Positions 48,601-57,458 of a stretch of DNA of 59,880 bases are shown here, piece after piece. A program made the position numbers and the translations under genes. Source of the DNA: a virus (lineage: Duplodnaviria; Caudoviricetes); IMG/VR virus record IMGVR_UViG_3300008266_000061, positions 1 to 59,880 of that record. The stretch is one strand, 5' to 3'. The notes under the pieces are model-generated. The model made no database searches and had not been told where the DNA came from. It saw only the letters and a program-made list of their open reading frames with translations. Each line of letters opens with the position of its first letter. The first letter of the stretch is position 1.

Positions 48601-49132
48601 CGGTGTAAACGTGTACAAGAACGAGAATGTTGCCCCTAAGTACGACAGCCCAGAGACGGCCGGAGTTATGAAGGAGTTCAAGCCTAAGGGTATTCCGGAC
48701 ATCAAGAAGGACACGTTTGCTGTAGAGATGACCCCAGAGGAACTTGTGCAGATCAACGTAAACTATCGCAAGAAGGCGACGGCTCTTATCGACCTATATT
48801 CGGCATCCAAGCCTTCACTCGACGACAAGAAGATGTTCCCGGAGAAGTTCAACAAGGTCACGGAAAACCAACTGGAAGAGGCTCGACTAGAGGCCGTAAA
48901 GAAGGGGACGCCGGAGGCGCAGCTCGACGAGGAGTCTAAGCGCATTGCTATCGAGAAGAAGAAGCGTGAAAAGATATCCGACGACATATCAGAACTGGCC
49001 ACGCTTGGTAAAAACGCGGCAGCATACGAATACTTCAAGTCTCTTGGTAAGCGCATCCCGCCCACGATAGAGGACGCTGTAAAGGAATACGAAAAAAAGT
49101 TGAGTAGTTTACAGAAACAACTGGACCGATAG
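45626..49132 (+). CDS. Large internal virion (cargo) protein, 1168 aa
   Basis: Coiled coil, then ERA..GYLN.MR...N.FTGR..LG...P.SS.FGKIRIGN..VDPWGG domain typical of phage ejection proteins. Confidence 0.65.
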   Translation: MAKNPCKIFFKDKPGGTATEYTYDEFMSMLKDGRLIDFINQGLLDEGRMRGENPFIAAEPQPVKRVDLKSMVGKGKALKTLLTRAVLGDNDKRIVDALRKTGLDRDILKLTDARARAEQFVEKVGFDAAYQAVSDHAMNPGVASYVYANLIDRLEKAKLISQEDSGMDPQEYVEALNDLYDMQAKMIGEFSAISTGYGQFINSLKDIYRNSLFNYSLDNQINEYKKANFNYIPSEVEEKYRKLDAQIKELNQRISDMEKRAQDAEDARNMAEVQAAVEGDKIANIDIKDSTNDAAAEVMKFKAKSVSFKDANGKPINVPKSSWDKIVEAAANAVKNLTNKPSLVSKASLSGSASNAAMNAAIAAVQAEPWYQALSAADKKAVEDQIKAQFQSTTPGKISIPSSVISKAIEDGAATMDELVQAVKAEMSKKYPNATDRQIRDAISGYGRERTKTKTDLQVELARLRNIGRMVSRLEDIQAGIIKAKTPQEKAKLTDQESQLRLDIQDAYEREGIAGAQRLINAKENAKKRIAELERRLSEGDFSKKERKEAVEDDELRQLRAERQTLQNQFDKELDRIKKQNSPTKFWDGLGAFWEIARLLQATFDLSMVLVQGLKLTVSHPLYAVRGFKKAFEHLASESRARKWGEFIKSQEHYEEMMKAGLSLSEYDASLSEKEEGFLGGVGNTMWDYLVLPFKMFGQGAYTRAALVNPFKAFERAGIGYLNTMRVLRYEDGRNMLMNAKKGKTFETDPESFKAVANMVNTFTGRASLGPLEKNAGLLSKIFYSPKNWASQLKTSTIGFPIYLLTLKDKGTFKPSVAQKMAARDFISWFITTTGIVSMIAFKANEDDEDEVEVDLNPLSSRFGKIRIGNIYVDPWGGFIQHIVLQARLYNEAMVRGGEEKKLGDYNTPTRGGLIAEFAKNKLHPTASLLVGYLTTHDEDGKRVDAYGNDFIWKDEIQERVLPMIGSTLAEIFKEEPNLKGAFLGAYAFLGAGVNVYKNENVAPKYDSPETAGVMKEFKPKGIPDIKKDTFAVEMTPEELVQINVNYRKKATALIDLYSASKPSLDDKKMFPEKFNKVTENQLEEARLEAVKKGTPEAQLDEESKRIAIEKKKREKISDDISELATLGKNAAAYEYFKSLGKRIPPTIEDAVKEYEKKLSSLQKQLDR

Positions 49133-49149
49133 ACTATATTTGTAACCAC

Positions 49150-49335
49150 ATGCATCACGACGTAGGACATACAGGCGGCATAAGTTCAGTTTTACTGACG
49201 GTATTCGCCACTGTTGTTTCCTGGCAAGAGCAAGCTGAGTGGTTATTCCGCATCTCGTCTCTCCTCCTCGCCTGTACGGTGTCTGTTGTAGTCCTTTACG
49301 GCCACTACAAGAAGTCCAAGAAAAAGAAAGTCTAG
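49150..49335 (+). CDS. Small two-TM membrane protein with basic tail (holin- or toxin-like)
   Basis: Two hydrophobic helices, KKSKKKKV tail; own TATATTTG at 49135-49142. Confidence 0.6.
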   Translation: MHHDVGHTGGISSVLLTVFATVVSWQEQAEWLFRISSLLLACTVSVVVLYGHYKKSKKKKV

Positions 49336-49367
49336 TCCTAAAGAATCTTCCCGATTGTACCTTCTAT

Positions 49368-49446
49368 AAAACACAGAGGGCGGTGATCAGCCCGCCCTCA
49401 AAGTTCTCGTCTCCCGACTGCACTCATTTCGAATGCGCGAACTTGC
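49368..49446 (-). ncRNA. Putative short RNA (leftward)
   Basis: Minus TATATTTG 49451-49458 with TTTG 19 bp upstream; stem GAGGGCGG/CCGCCCTC (49376-49399) followed by TGTGTTTT. Confidence 0.4.
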
Positions 49447-49521
49447 ACTGCAAATATATGACATTTATTATTTAATGCAAAATAATTTGCATTATGCAAC
49501 TTGTGCATATAACTTTGCCCC

Positions 49522-49592
49522 CTGGTTATGGTAATGTAGATAGTGTTTAAGTTATTGTTGTTTAAACCCTCGGCAACGGCTGGGGGTTTTTT
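49522..49592 (+). ncRNA. Putative ~70-nt U/G-rich small RNA (rightward)
   Basis: TAACTTTG 49510-49517 with TTTG 20 bp upstream; ends in hairpin plus T6 at 49564-49592; next gene has its own promoter element at 49595-49602. Confidence 0.5.
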
Positions 49593-49619
49593 CGTATATT
49601 TGCATCTCAACAAAACGAT

Positions 49620-50267
49620 ATGATAGAGCTGATGATCGCGGACCCCACCCCGCACGAATTAGGTGAATATAGAGAACTAATTAAGGAGCTAAAGGACAAG
49701 TTCCCAACCGCAATTGTCATGGTGACAAGGGGCGATGGGGACTACGCTATAAGTACTACAATAATCTACATAGACAGTGAGAAGCGCACAGACACCCATT
49801 CCGCAATTTACCCCTCGGTTCCCAACCGTGGAACCGCGCAAATCAAGGCGGACATTCTCTCCCTTACCTTCGCTATGCGTGAACTTGGGTTTGATATCAA
49901 ATTCCTTGACGAGGATCGGCCAGTTCGTGAGAAGGTTGTCATAACCCGTGGGCGTTTGGACTCGTGTGTTTCCCTTCGCCAACTGGTTGAACTGCTCGAA
50001 GAAGCCAACCACGAGAAGGTTACGGAGGTAAAGGTGATGATAGAGAACAAGCGCAAGAACGGCGGTCGTCCAAGCAAGAAGTCTGTGATTGACTTTATCT
50101 TTTCCGGGCCTAAGGAGGAGCGCAAGCAGCAGCCTGTTCGCACCGGGGCAGAGTGGGCGCGTGTCAAGATGGAATGGCGCGATAAATTTGCCACTTCTAA
50201 GTACGCGAAAATGTACAAAAGTCTCGACGAATTTTGTACCTTCGCGACTGAAGAAGAATGTAAATAA
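49620..50267 (+). CDS. Hypothetical protein
   Basis: ORF track; promoter element and AAAACGATATG start context. Confidence 0.7.
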   Translation: MIELMIADPTPHELGEYRELIKELKDKFPTAIVMVTRGDGDYAISTTIIYIDSEKRTDTHSAIYPSVPNRGTAQIKADILSLTFAMRELGFDIKFLDEDRPVREKVVITRGRLDSCVSLRQLVELLEEANHEKVTEVKVMIENKRKNGGRPSKKSVIDFIFSGPKEERKQQPVRTGAEWARVKMEWRDKFATSKYAKMYKSLDEFCTFATEEECK

Positions 50268-53200
50268 TGGCAAACCCGATAATCACTAGAATACAGGTAG
50301 AAGGCAACGACGTTGTGTCGTTTTTAAACGGCACTACACCTCCGTATACCTACGTCCGTTCCATGAGTCAGATTCTCCCGCAGAGTCCGACGTACATCTC
50401 CTACCGATATGACTCTATAACCATCTCACAGGTGGGCGGAGAGGCGTTTACATTCACGGTTTATACGATTACACAGGTTGGCGGCAACGCGTTTACGGCC
50501 CTTAACTTCCAAGACCCCGCTAACGTAGTACAGGCCAAGACTGTTGAGATATACAGGCTTCTTGTAACATCCATCTTCAAGGGATGCTGCGAGTGTGGTA
50601 ACACAGAACCGGAGTGTTCTATTCAGTACACCTATGGAAATTCGGGACTTACTGGCGAGTTTGATTATACTTATGGAACCCCTGGTTTAATCAGGTTTAA
50701 CGATATAACAGGGAACAATCAGGACTTTTCCGGCTTCTTCCCGCTTATACCAGATGGGTCGTGGGTTTTTCTGTTTAGCAAGACGGACCCGACCGTGTAT
50801 GCGGTGCTTCAGTTGTCCAACTACATCAACGCAGGTGGAGCGGCGGCATTCGATGCTATTGAGTTGAATGCCAACGGAACTCCATTTGTGGAAGGCACTC
50901 AGTTCTGCGTGGACTTCACAAGCGTGGGTGGCTCACTCGTACAAGGGTGGCAGGACACGTTGAATATAAATCCCAACCTCAACCAAGACAACACGATTGA
51001 TGGGGGCGGATTTGACTTTGTCTTTGACAACAACAACTCGTTTACCATCAACGGCCCCGGCGGATCTTTTGAGGTAGACGCGTTCGGCCCCGCTATGAAC
51101 GCAGGGACTCAGCAGATACTTGTAACTGCGGGGTACATTGATATAAATACTCCTCTGATAGGTTCGGCGTCTCCGGGGGACGTTCTTACGCTTACCGCGT
51201 CGGGCCATATTGAATATGCTCCGCCTCCCGTGAGTAATGTGTACACCGTTGCAAACGGTCTTCATTATCAAGAAAGTCCTGTGGATCCTAATGTGTTTCA
51301 TTTGGGCGGTAATCTTATTGAAGACACAACCATATACAATCAAGGGTTTGACCTTACCGTAGAAAGGGCAGTTAGCGGTTATGCATTAAAGGTGGAGAAT
51401 ACAGGCACAAGCATCGGGCCTTTTAATCACGCTATTAGGGCTGTTACTACGGATGGATTGGCCGGGGATTTTTATGCTGGTGCAGATTTTTATGCGATAG
51501 ATGAGATAGAGCCTGTGGTGAAGATAACCAGAACAACTATTTTATCACCTGATCCAGAGTTTAATTATGATAACATAGGTTCATCTATAGACATGATGAA
51601 TCCTATGGTTGTTGGGTCTTTTGCTACAGTCGTTCCATACACTAGTAGAATAGCATCAAGGTGGACAAACTCATTAAACCAAGGGGGGTTTGCTGTTAAT
51701 CGCCCAATAGGAAGAACTGAATTTTGGCATTACGATGGAGTTGCAGCTGAATCCTTGACTGCCACATTTAATGCTGACAATCCGTATAGTGGTGGTAATC
51801 GAGGAATGGTTCAGTTCAATCAGTATGGACAGGGAACATTTTATGGTTTGCTTACCCCTGTTTATGGGTTAGCTGTTGATGATCAAGGTAACATATTGGA
51901 AGTTGATTTAGGTGGAGGTGGAACCTACGATGGCGACCAAGGCGTCTACAAAGACACCACGCTAACGAACGACACTTTCATGTTAGGGGCGCCTTACGTT
52001 TTTGGTTCTCCTAACCCAGTTCCGTTTCAAACCTCAAGAGAGGTGGATGTTGCGGGAAATGTTATGATTTTTACCGGAAGCCCTTTTACTGGCTATACTC
52101 TTAATGCGTACAATTCATCTGCCACCTCAAGAGCTGGAGGAGCTATATACGCTGAAGTTGTAAATGGATTTCAAAAAGGCGTGTATTCTAATGCTCCTGC
52201 GGGGATAGGTTTTTATACTACGTCCGGCACTTATGGGCTTATGTCGTATACAACAGGTAGTGATTTTAATACAGTACTTGATGTTACTCCGGCTAATACA
52301 TCTAATGTATCTGAGATGTTAGAGCTTAATAGAAATAATGCTAGTGGAGTAGGAGCGGGTATACGCATAATAAACAGAATAAATTCAACTGGATCTTCCG
52401 CCCTTGTAACAACCGCTCAAGGTTATTCTTCAGGCTCTCCGACTAGTACTAACTTTGAAATACAAACGAAAGGAATTGCCGTAACATTAACATCCAATCT
52501 GACTGTAAAAGGTGTTGATGGTCAACTTCAATTTAATCAATACGGAACCCCTGGGACATTCTACGACGCATCTCCTGTATGGGCGCTTGGAGTAGATGCA
52601 AGTGGTAATGTGGTAGAGTTTACTCCCGGCGGAGGCGGAGGCGGAACTTACGACAGCAACCAGGGTGTTTACAAAGATACCACGCTAACGAACGACACGT
52701 TCATGCTTGGGGCGCCGTCAGGGAGTGGCGGAACAATTCCTTTTTTACAAGATAGAGAAATTTTTACAGGTGAATTTAATTTATCTATAATAGGAAGACC
52801 TCCGTTTTTTGGTAAAAATGTTTTGTATGTTCAGGCTGATGGATTTTCTGGAAGCAATGTTAGTTCTATATTTTCAGATACAAGTTTAACCTTAGGCAAG
52901 ACATACGCTTACAACACTAGCGGAGGTTTGACGAGTGTTGGTTATGGTGGATATACGGGCAAGGGGATTGAGTTAGCTCAAGAGTTTTATTCTGAAATAA
53001 TTACTGGCGAAACTGGTGGACCTTCTGGAATAAACGAATCTCTTAGGTTTGTTAGAGCTTTTGGTGGATCCATTGGGGATGGAACAAGCATAACATTTCA
53101 AGCATCAAGTTCTGTCGATGCCTCTATCGAAAGTTATCTTACTAACGCATCAAATGGTGCTAGTCTTGCTTTTAGAACCAAGGATAATTTGGGTTCTTTA

Positions 53201-54730
53201 ATTAAGGGATTAGAGTTAAAGCAGAATAGCCAACTTCAGTTAAACAACTACACTACCTCTACAGCCTTTCAATCTTCTTCCGGCCCATCGGTCGGGGTCC
53301 TTAACGTGGACAACGCAGGCAACGTGTTTGTAGGAACTGGCGGGACTAGTGCGGGAAGCATCCTATTCGGAACCGCAACAGCTGCGGTAACAGACGTATA
53401 CACAGCCACGATTGGAACAGCTACTACTTATACAGATGGTGACGCTTACATCGTTCGTTTCACGATAGGAAACACGGACGCTGCCACTTTAAATATCAAC
53501 GGAATAGGGGCCAAGTCCCTGTATAGAAACAATGACGGGGCCTTAATCGGCGGAGATATTTGGGACGGCGGAGAGATGCTTTGTATTTACAATGCTGTTC
53601 TCGATGGGTTTGACTGCATCGGAACCTCCCCAAACTCTTTGTTTGCCTACGTGACAAACGATCAGGGGTCAACCATAACAAAGGGTCAGGCCGTATACGC
53701 TGCGGGTGGTACAGGAAACCGAATGACGGTTAAACTTGCCAAGGCTGATACGGACGCAACGTCAGCTCAGACGATTGGATTTGTATTCTCTACGTCCATA
53801 GCCGCTAACCAGAAGGGTATAATTATTATTCAGGGTTACTTTACCGACCTCAACTTATTCCCACCATCTGCGGGTTGGTTAGACGGGGACACGGTATACC
53901 TCAGCCCAACAACTGCGGGGGCTGTTACCCGGACTAAGCCATTGGCCCCTCAGCACCTTGTATACCTCGGAGTTGTGGCAAGCACAAGCCCCGGTGCAGC
54001 TGGTCGTATGTACGTTCGTGTACAGAACGGATACGAGATGAACGAGCTTCACGACGTGGCCTCTACAGGCGCTGTGAACAACGACATCCTATATCGCGAC
54101 ACGACCGTTACTCCTAACCTTTGGAAGCCCGCGTCAATCCCAACCATACTTGGATACACGCCTGTTCCAACGACTCGTTCCATTTCAACCACGTCTCCAC
54201 TAACCGGGGGCGGGGACTTGAGTGCGGATAGGACTATTTCAATACCTGCCGCAACTTCTTCTGTCAATGGGTACTTGACCTCTACTGACTGGACTACGTT
54301 TAACTCTAAGGCAGATAGTGATTACATTACACTACGTATGCAGGTAGCTGGTCAGTCACCAGCGGATAATCAAACTTACTACATAGGTGAAATTAGTGTA
54401 TCATTAAATACAGTTGCTACTCTTTATAGGACAACTGTTCCGTATGCTTGTACGCTTGTAGGTGCGGTTATTACCGCTGTTAACACAAGTGCAGGTTCTA
54501 CTACGGAGGCTTCAACAATTAATTTCCGTTTAAACAATACGACTGATACCTTGCTATCAAATGCGGTTGCGTTTGGTCCTAACCTAACGGTCAATATTTA
54601 TTCGATTACAGGTTTAAATGTAGCCATTGCTGCGGGTGATACTTTTAATATTAAGTGGACTACTCCAATATGGGCAACCAACCCTACAGGAGCAACATTA
54701 TTAGTAACGCTTTATTTAAAACGCACATAA
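50267..54730 (+). CDS. Modular tail fibre / spike protein, 1487 aa
   Basis: Gly/Thr/Ser-rich; repeated QLQFNQY..LGVD..GNV modules; LTGGGDLSADRT and GYLTSTDWTTFNSK fibre motifs. Confidence 0.8.
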   Translation: MANPIITRIQVEGNDVVSFLNGTTPPYTYVRSMSQILPQSPTYISYRYDSITISQVGGEAFTFTVYTITQVGGNAFTALNFQDPANVVQAKTVEIYRLLVTSIFKGCCECGNTEPECSIQYTYGNSGLTGEFDYTYGTPGLIRFNDITGNNQDFSGFFPLIPDGSWVFLFSKTDPTVYAVLQLSNYINAGGAAAFDAIELNANGTPFVEGTQFCVDFTSVGGSLVQGWQDTLNINPNLNQDNTIDGGGFDFVFDNNNSFTINGPGGSFEVDAFGPAMNAGTQQILVTAGYIDINTPLIGSASPGDVLTLTASGHIEYAPPPVSNVYTVANGLHYQESPVDPNVFHLGGNLIEDTTIYNQGFDLTVERAVSGYALKVENTGTSIGPFNHAIRAVTTDGLAGDFYAGADFYAIDEIEPVVKITRTTILSPDPEFNYDNIGSSIDMMNPMVVGSFATVVPYTSRIASRWTNSLNQGGFAVNRPIGRTEFWHYDGVAAESLTATFNADNPYSGGNRGMVQFNQYGQGTFYGLLTPVYGLAVDDQGNILEVDLGGGGTYDGDQGVYKDTTLTNDTFMLGAPYVFGSPNPVPFQTSREVDVAGNVMIFTGSPFTGYTLNAYNSSATSRAGGAIYAEVVNGFQKGVYSNAPAGIGFYTTSGTYGLMSYTTGSDFNTVLDVTPANTSNVSEMLELNRNNASGVGAGIRIINRINSTGSSALVTTAQGYSSGSPTSTNFEIQTKGIAVTLTSNLTVKGVDGQLQFNQYGTPGTFYDASPVWALGVDASGNVVEFTPGGGGGGTYDSNQGVYKDTTLTNDTFMLGAPSGSGGTIPFLQDREIFTGEFNLSIIGRPPFFGKNVLYVQADGFSGSNVSSIFSDTSLTLGKTYAYNTSGGLTSVGYGGYTGKGIELAQEFYSEIITGETGGPSGINESLRFVRAFGGSIGDGTSITFQASSSVDASIESYLTNASNGASLAFRTKDNLGSLIKGLELKQNSQLQLNNYTTSTAFQSSSGPSVGVLNVDNAGNVFVGTGGTSAGSILFGTATAAVTDVYTATIGTATTYTDGDAYIVRFTIGNTDAATLNINGIGAKSLYRNNDGALIGGDIWDGGEMLCIYNAVLDGFDCIGTSPNSLFAYVTNDQGSTITKGQAVYAAGGTGNRMTVKLAKADTDATSAQTIGFVFSTSIAANQKGIIIIQGYFTDLNLFPPSAGWLDGDTVYLSPTTAGAVTRTKPLAPQHLVYLGVVASTSPGAAGRMYVRVQNGYEMNELHDVASTGAVNNDILYRDTTVTPNLWKPASIPTILGYTPVPTTRSISTTSPLTGGGDLSADRTISIPAATSSVNGYLTSTDWTTFNSKADSDYITLRMQVAGQSPADNQTYYIGEISVSLNTVATLYRTTVPYACTLVGAVITAVNTSAGSTTEASTINFRLNNTTDTLLSNAVAFGPNLTVNIYSITGLNVAIAAGDTFNIKWTTPIWATNPTGATLLVTLYLKRT

Positions 54731-54931
54731 ATGAGAAAGGAATACACATATAAATTACAGGGCGATGGCCGCGATTCGTGGACGGTTACTGAATACAATG
54801 AGTTGGATGAAGTCGTTTCAGTCTACATGGTTTACGAAGATCCGACCACCGAAGTTGGGACGGCATTGAAGGCCGTATTATCAGCGACTCCCGAAGAGAT
54901 TGTTGAGATTAAAAAAATTCTTGGTATTTAA
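54731..54931 (+). CDS. Small protein after tail fibre (possible fibre chaperone)
   Basis: Abuts the fibre gene; positional call. Confidence 0.5.
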   Translation: MRKEYTYKLQGDGRDSWTVTEYNELDEVVSVYMVYEDPTTEVGTALKAVLSATPEEIVEIKKILGI

Positions 54932-54952
54932 CAAACCATAAATCATAAAAAA

Positions 54953-55351
54953 ATGAAAAGAATAATACGCAAACTTCAACTCTTCGATGGCGTGTGGTCT
55001 ATCCCTGTCGTCTTCTTCCTATTCCTTCTCGCCGGGTCTTACAGCTCGGAGTACTTCGGTGACGGACTCATCTCCATCGAGTACATTCAGCAAGTAATTC
55101 TCGCCGCACTTATACTAATTTTTGGTAACTTTGTGGTGTTCCTTGGCGGGTACTTTAACTTCAGAGGCTTGCAGAGTTACTTCTACTCAAGCCAAGCCAA
55201 GAATGAATTAGATTATACATCAACAGCATGGCAAAAAATCGTATTGTATGTCTGTGTCTACTTTGGACTCTTCTTGTGTTTCCTGTTTATCCTATGGCTT
55301 ATAATGACGGCTACTGTGTCCGTGTCAATGCCTCCTCTTACGTTGGAGTAA
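54953..55351 (+). CDS. Holin-like three-TM protein
   Basis: Three hydrophobic helices; overlaps endolysin. Confidence 0.65.
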   Translation: MKRIIRKLQLFDGVWSIPVVFFLFLLAGSYSSEYFGDGLISIEYIQQVILAALILIFGNFVVFLGGYFNFRGLQSYFYSSQAKNELDYTSTAWQKIVLYVCVYFGLFLCFLFILWLIMTATVSVSMPPLTLE

Positions 55352-55803
55352 AGGAGAAGGGGGGAAACAACCAGGGCTTTAACGACTGGGAGCTTCAAAA
55401 GATGATGGCCGACGTTGGATGGAGGCCGGGCTATGCCTGGTGTGCGTTCTTTGTCCGCGCCATCCTCGATGACTGCGGCGTGGAGAATAAGATATCGGGA
55501 TGGTCTCCCACGGCCTATAACAAGAAGGACGTAATCTTTACCGACGGAAGGTTCTACCAGACCTACAGCAACAGAGACGTGCTTGTTATGACACTCTCGT
55601 ACTCAAAGTTCAAGAACACGGCAAGGTACAAGGCCATCGGCCACACCGGAATCGTGGATCGCATCGGAGAGCATTCAGTCAGAACAATAGAGGGCAACAC
55701 TAACGAGAGGGGAGATAGAGACTCTCGTTCCAGGGATGGCGTGTACATAAAGATTCGCCCCCTGTCTAAGAACATCCACATTACAAGGTGGAAGAAGGGG
55801 TAA
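55228..55803 (+). CDS. CHAP-domain endolysin with N-terminal signal-like peptide
   Basis: VGVKE.GGNN.G...WCAFFV...GHTGIV...TIEGNT (Cys/His catalytic pair). Confidence 0.85.
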   Translation: MAKNRIVCLCLLWTLLVFPVYPMAYNDGYCVRVNASSYVGVKEKGGNNQGFNDWELQKMMADVGWRPGYAWCAFFVRAILDDCGVENKISGWSPTAYNKKDVIFTDGRFYQTYSNRDVLVMTLSYSKFKNTARYKAIGHTGIVDRIGEHSVRTIEGNTNERGDRDSRSRDGVYIKIRPLSKNIHITRWKKG

Positions 55804-55809
55804 ACAAAA

Positions 55810-55830
55810 GTGGGGACAATTTGTCCCCAC
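55810..55830. terminator. Perfect inverted repeat between convergent genes
   Basis: GTGGGGACAA-T-TTGTCCCCAC; T4 follows on minus strand. Confidence 0.55.
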
Positions 55831-55853
55831 CATTGCACAATCTAAATCACACA

Positions 55854-56915
55854 CTAGAACAAATCCTCTGTATATTTTTCGAGGCTGTAGACACGTCCCG
55901 CGTTCTCGTTCTTGCCTCCGGCTGGAGAGAACTCAGCGTAGGCAATGATCTGCGCCTCGTAGCTCAGGTTAGGGTTATAGGTTAGGGTCTTGGTGTTGTT
56001 GTCCCAAGCGTTTGTGGTTCCCGACACCACCTTGATGGTCGAGTCGGCAAGCGGATTGATTCCGATGTTCAGCGTACTTCCGTACACGTTGTCCACCGTC
56101 GCTCCGGGGCCGTTGTTCAGTCTGTATACCCACATATACCCCTCGTAGGTCTTGTCAAACGAGTTGATGAGGGTCTTGTAGTTGAACGTCTGTGCGTCCT
56201 GTCCGTTGATGTAGAACACGCTCTTGATTTGGTCGTTACCAATCTGCTCGATGTCCATAGCAATGTTGTTGATATGGGTTTCGGGGTCGGTGGTCACGCG
56301 GTTGTATGTCCATCGCGTCTTGTACATGAACTCCTCCATGGTCATCCCAGATATCTGAAGGAACTCAGAACGGCGGAGGCGACGCTTGGGGTTGATCGCG
56401 CTACGTGATGTCCACGCAATCATCGGCTTTCCGTCTGGGCCTTTCTTGACCAGGCGGGACTTGTATCCGATACGCATCATCGGGTCTGTCATGTCGTCTA
56501 CCACGCCCTTCCACACGGTCTCGTATGGCTCGTACATCACGTCAACACCTGTCTCGGTTGCTTGAATCTGAGAGTACACGTAGTACACGTTCTGCCCCGC
56601 AAGGCTGCTTGGTGACTCGTGCTTTACGAACTGACCGGGACGAGTGAGAACGGCTGTACCCTCCTCGCTTATCCCCTCGTAAACGTAACCCATGTGATGG
56701 ATGGAGTTAGCAAGGTAGTTGAGCGGATACATTCCGAACGCGTCGGTCTTAGGCTCATCGAACCCAAGGGTGTAATACACGCGGGTTGGAGACGACGAGA
56801 TGTCTGTTACCTCGTAGATCCACGCCATGCGCTGTGTACGGGTCTTGATTTGTCCATCATACTGCGCGAACTCTTCGGGCAGTTCTAATACTTCTAGTGC
56901 TTTCTGTACTGACAT
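55854..56915 (-). CDS. Hypothetical protein, stand-alone transcription unit (353 aa)
   Basis: Long ORF; TAAATTTG at 56950-56957; insulated by an upstream terminator. Confidence 0.8.
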   Translation of the reverse strand: MSVQKALEVLELPEEFAQYDGQIKTRTQRMAWIYEVTDISSSPTRVYYTLGFDEPKTDAFGMYPLNYLANSIHHMGYVYEGISEEGTAVLTRPGQFVKHESPSSLAGQNVYYVYSQIQATETGVDVMYEPYETVWKGVVDDMTDPMMRIGYKSRLVKKGPDGKPMIAWTSRSAINPKRRLRRSEFLQISGMTMEEFMYKTRWTYNRVTTDPETHINNIAMDIEQIGNDQIKSVFYINGQDAQTFNYKTLINSFDKTYEGYMWVYRLNNGPGATVDNVYGSTLNIGINPLADSTIKVVSGTTNAWDNNTKTLTYNPNLSYEAQIIAYAEFSPAGGKNENAGRVYSLEKYTEDLF

Positions 56916-56973
56916 ATATTGATTGGTTTAATTAACGTAATATGCGTGGCAAATTTATGCAACTTTCTTGAAT

Positions 56974-57004
56974 AAAAAAAAACGGGAATCACGTTTGACT
57001 CCCG
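56974..57004 (-). terminator. Intrinsic terminator
   Basis: CGGGAGTCA-AACG-TGATTCCCG-T9. Confidence 0.85.
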
Positions 57005-57041
57005 CCCTTTAACAATAAACAACTATAACAACTATAACAAC

Positions 57042-57458
57042 TTAGAACACATAAAAGAATAATGCTGCTGCGGAAGTTACAATGGTTGTACACTTCCAAA
57101 ATATTTTCTTTCTCTTCTCGGACTTCTGCTCCTTCCGGGCATCAGCATACTGAGCCTGTAGAAACTCAATCTCCGCCTCCTGGTTCTTCCTGATCGTGGT
57201 GCATAGCTTACCATTCTCAAGGGCAAGGTCGAGTGCCTGTTGAGACGCTGTGAGCTGGTCACGTAGCATCTTAATCCGCTCTGACCGGGCCTCCATAGTA
57301 ATCTTGTTGTTGCGGATGGTTTCAGCGGCGGCTGATACAACCTCCTGGGCCTCTCTTCCTAACTGAGGTGTATCAGTTACTTGGGATGAGGCGACCGTTG
57401 CGGTACTCATCAAGAAGATAATTCCAAGAACTAATGTAAAGAGTCTTGAGTGAATCAT
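57042..57458 (-). CDS. Spanin-like protein (signal peptide, coiled coil, C-terminal TM)
   Basis: Hydrophobic N- and C-termini; overlaps the upstream TM/coiled-coil gene; start uncertain. Confidence 0.5.
   Translation of the reverse strand: MIHSRLFTLVLGIIFLMSTATVASSQVTDTPQLGREAQEVVSAAAETIRNNKITMEARSERIKMLRDQLTASQQALDLALENGKLCTTIRKNQEAEIEFLQAQYADARKEQKSEKRKKIFWKCTTIVTSAAALFFYVF

Noticed and set aside
32933-49132. Virion RNA polymerase among the cargo proteins
   Set aside because: No DFDxD-like catalytic motif seen by eye; visible motifs fit polyvalent or ejection proteins (HMM check still needed)
8195-50273. Many antisense or alternate-frame ORFs (e.g. 8195..8770, 39505..40287, 49689..50273)
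   Set aside because: Shadows of long genes, with no independent signals or motifs
50267-54730. Diversity-generating retroelement acting on the tail fibre
   Set aside because: No reverse transcriptase in the window; repeat differences are mostly synonymous and not adenine-specific
11000-55803. Stop-codon reassignment (TGA or TAG), as in some crAss-like phages
   Set aside because: ORFs up to 1937 aa are open under code 11, and TGA is repeatedly the stop in ATGA overlaps
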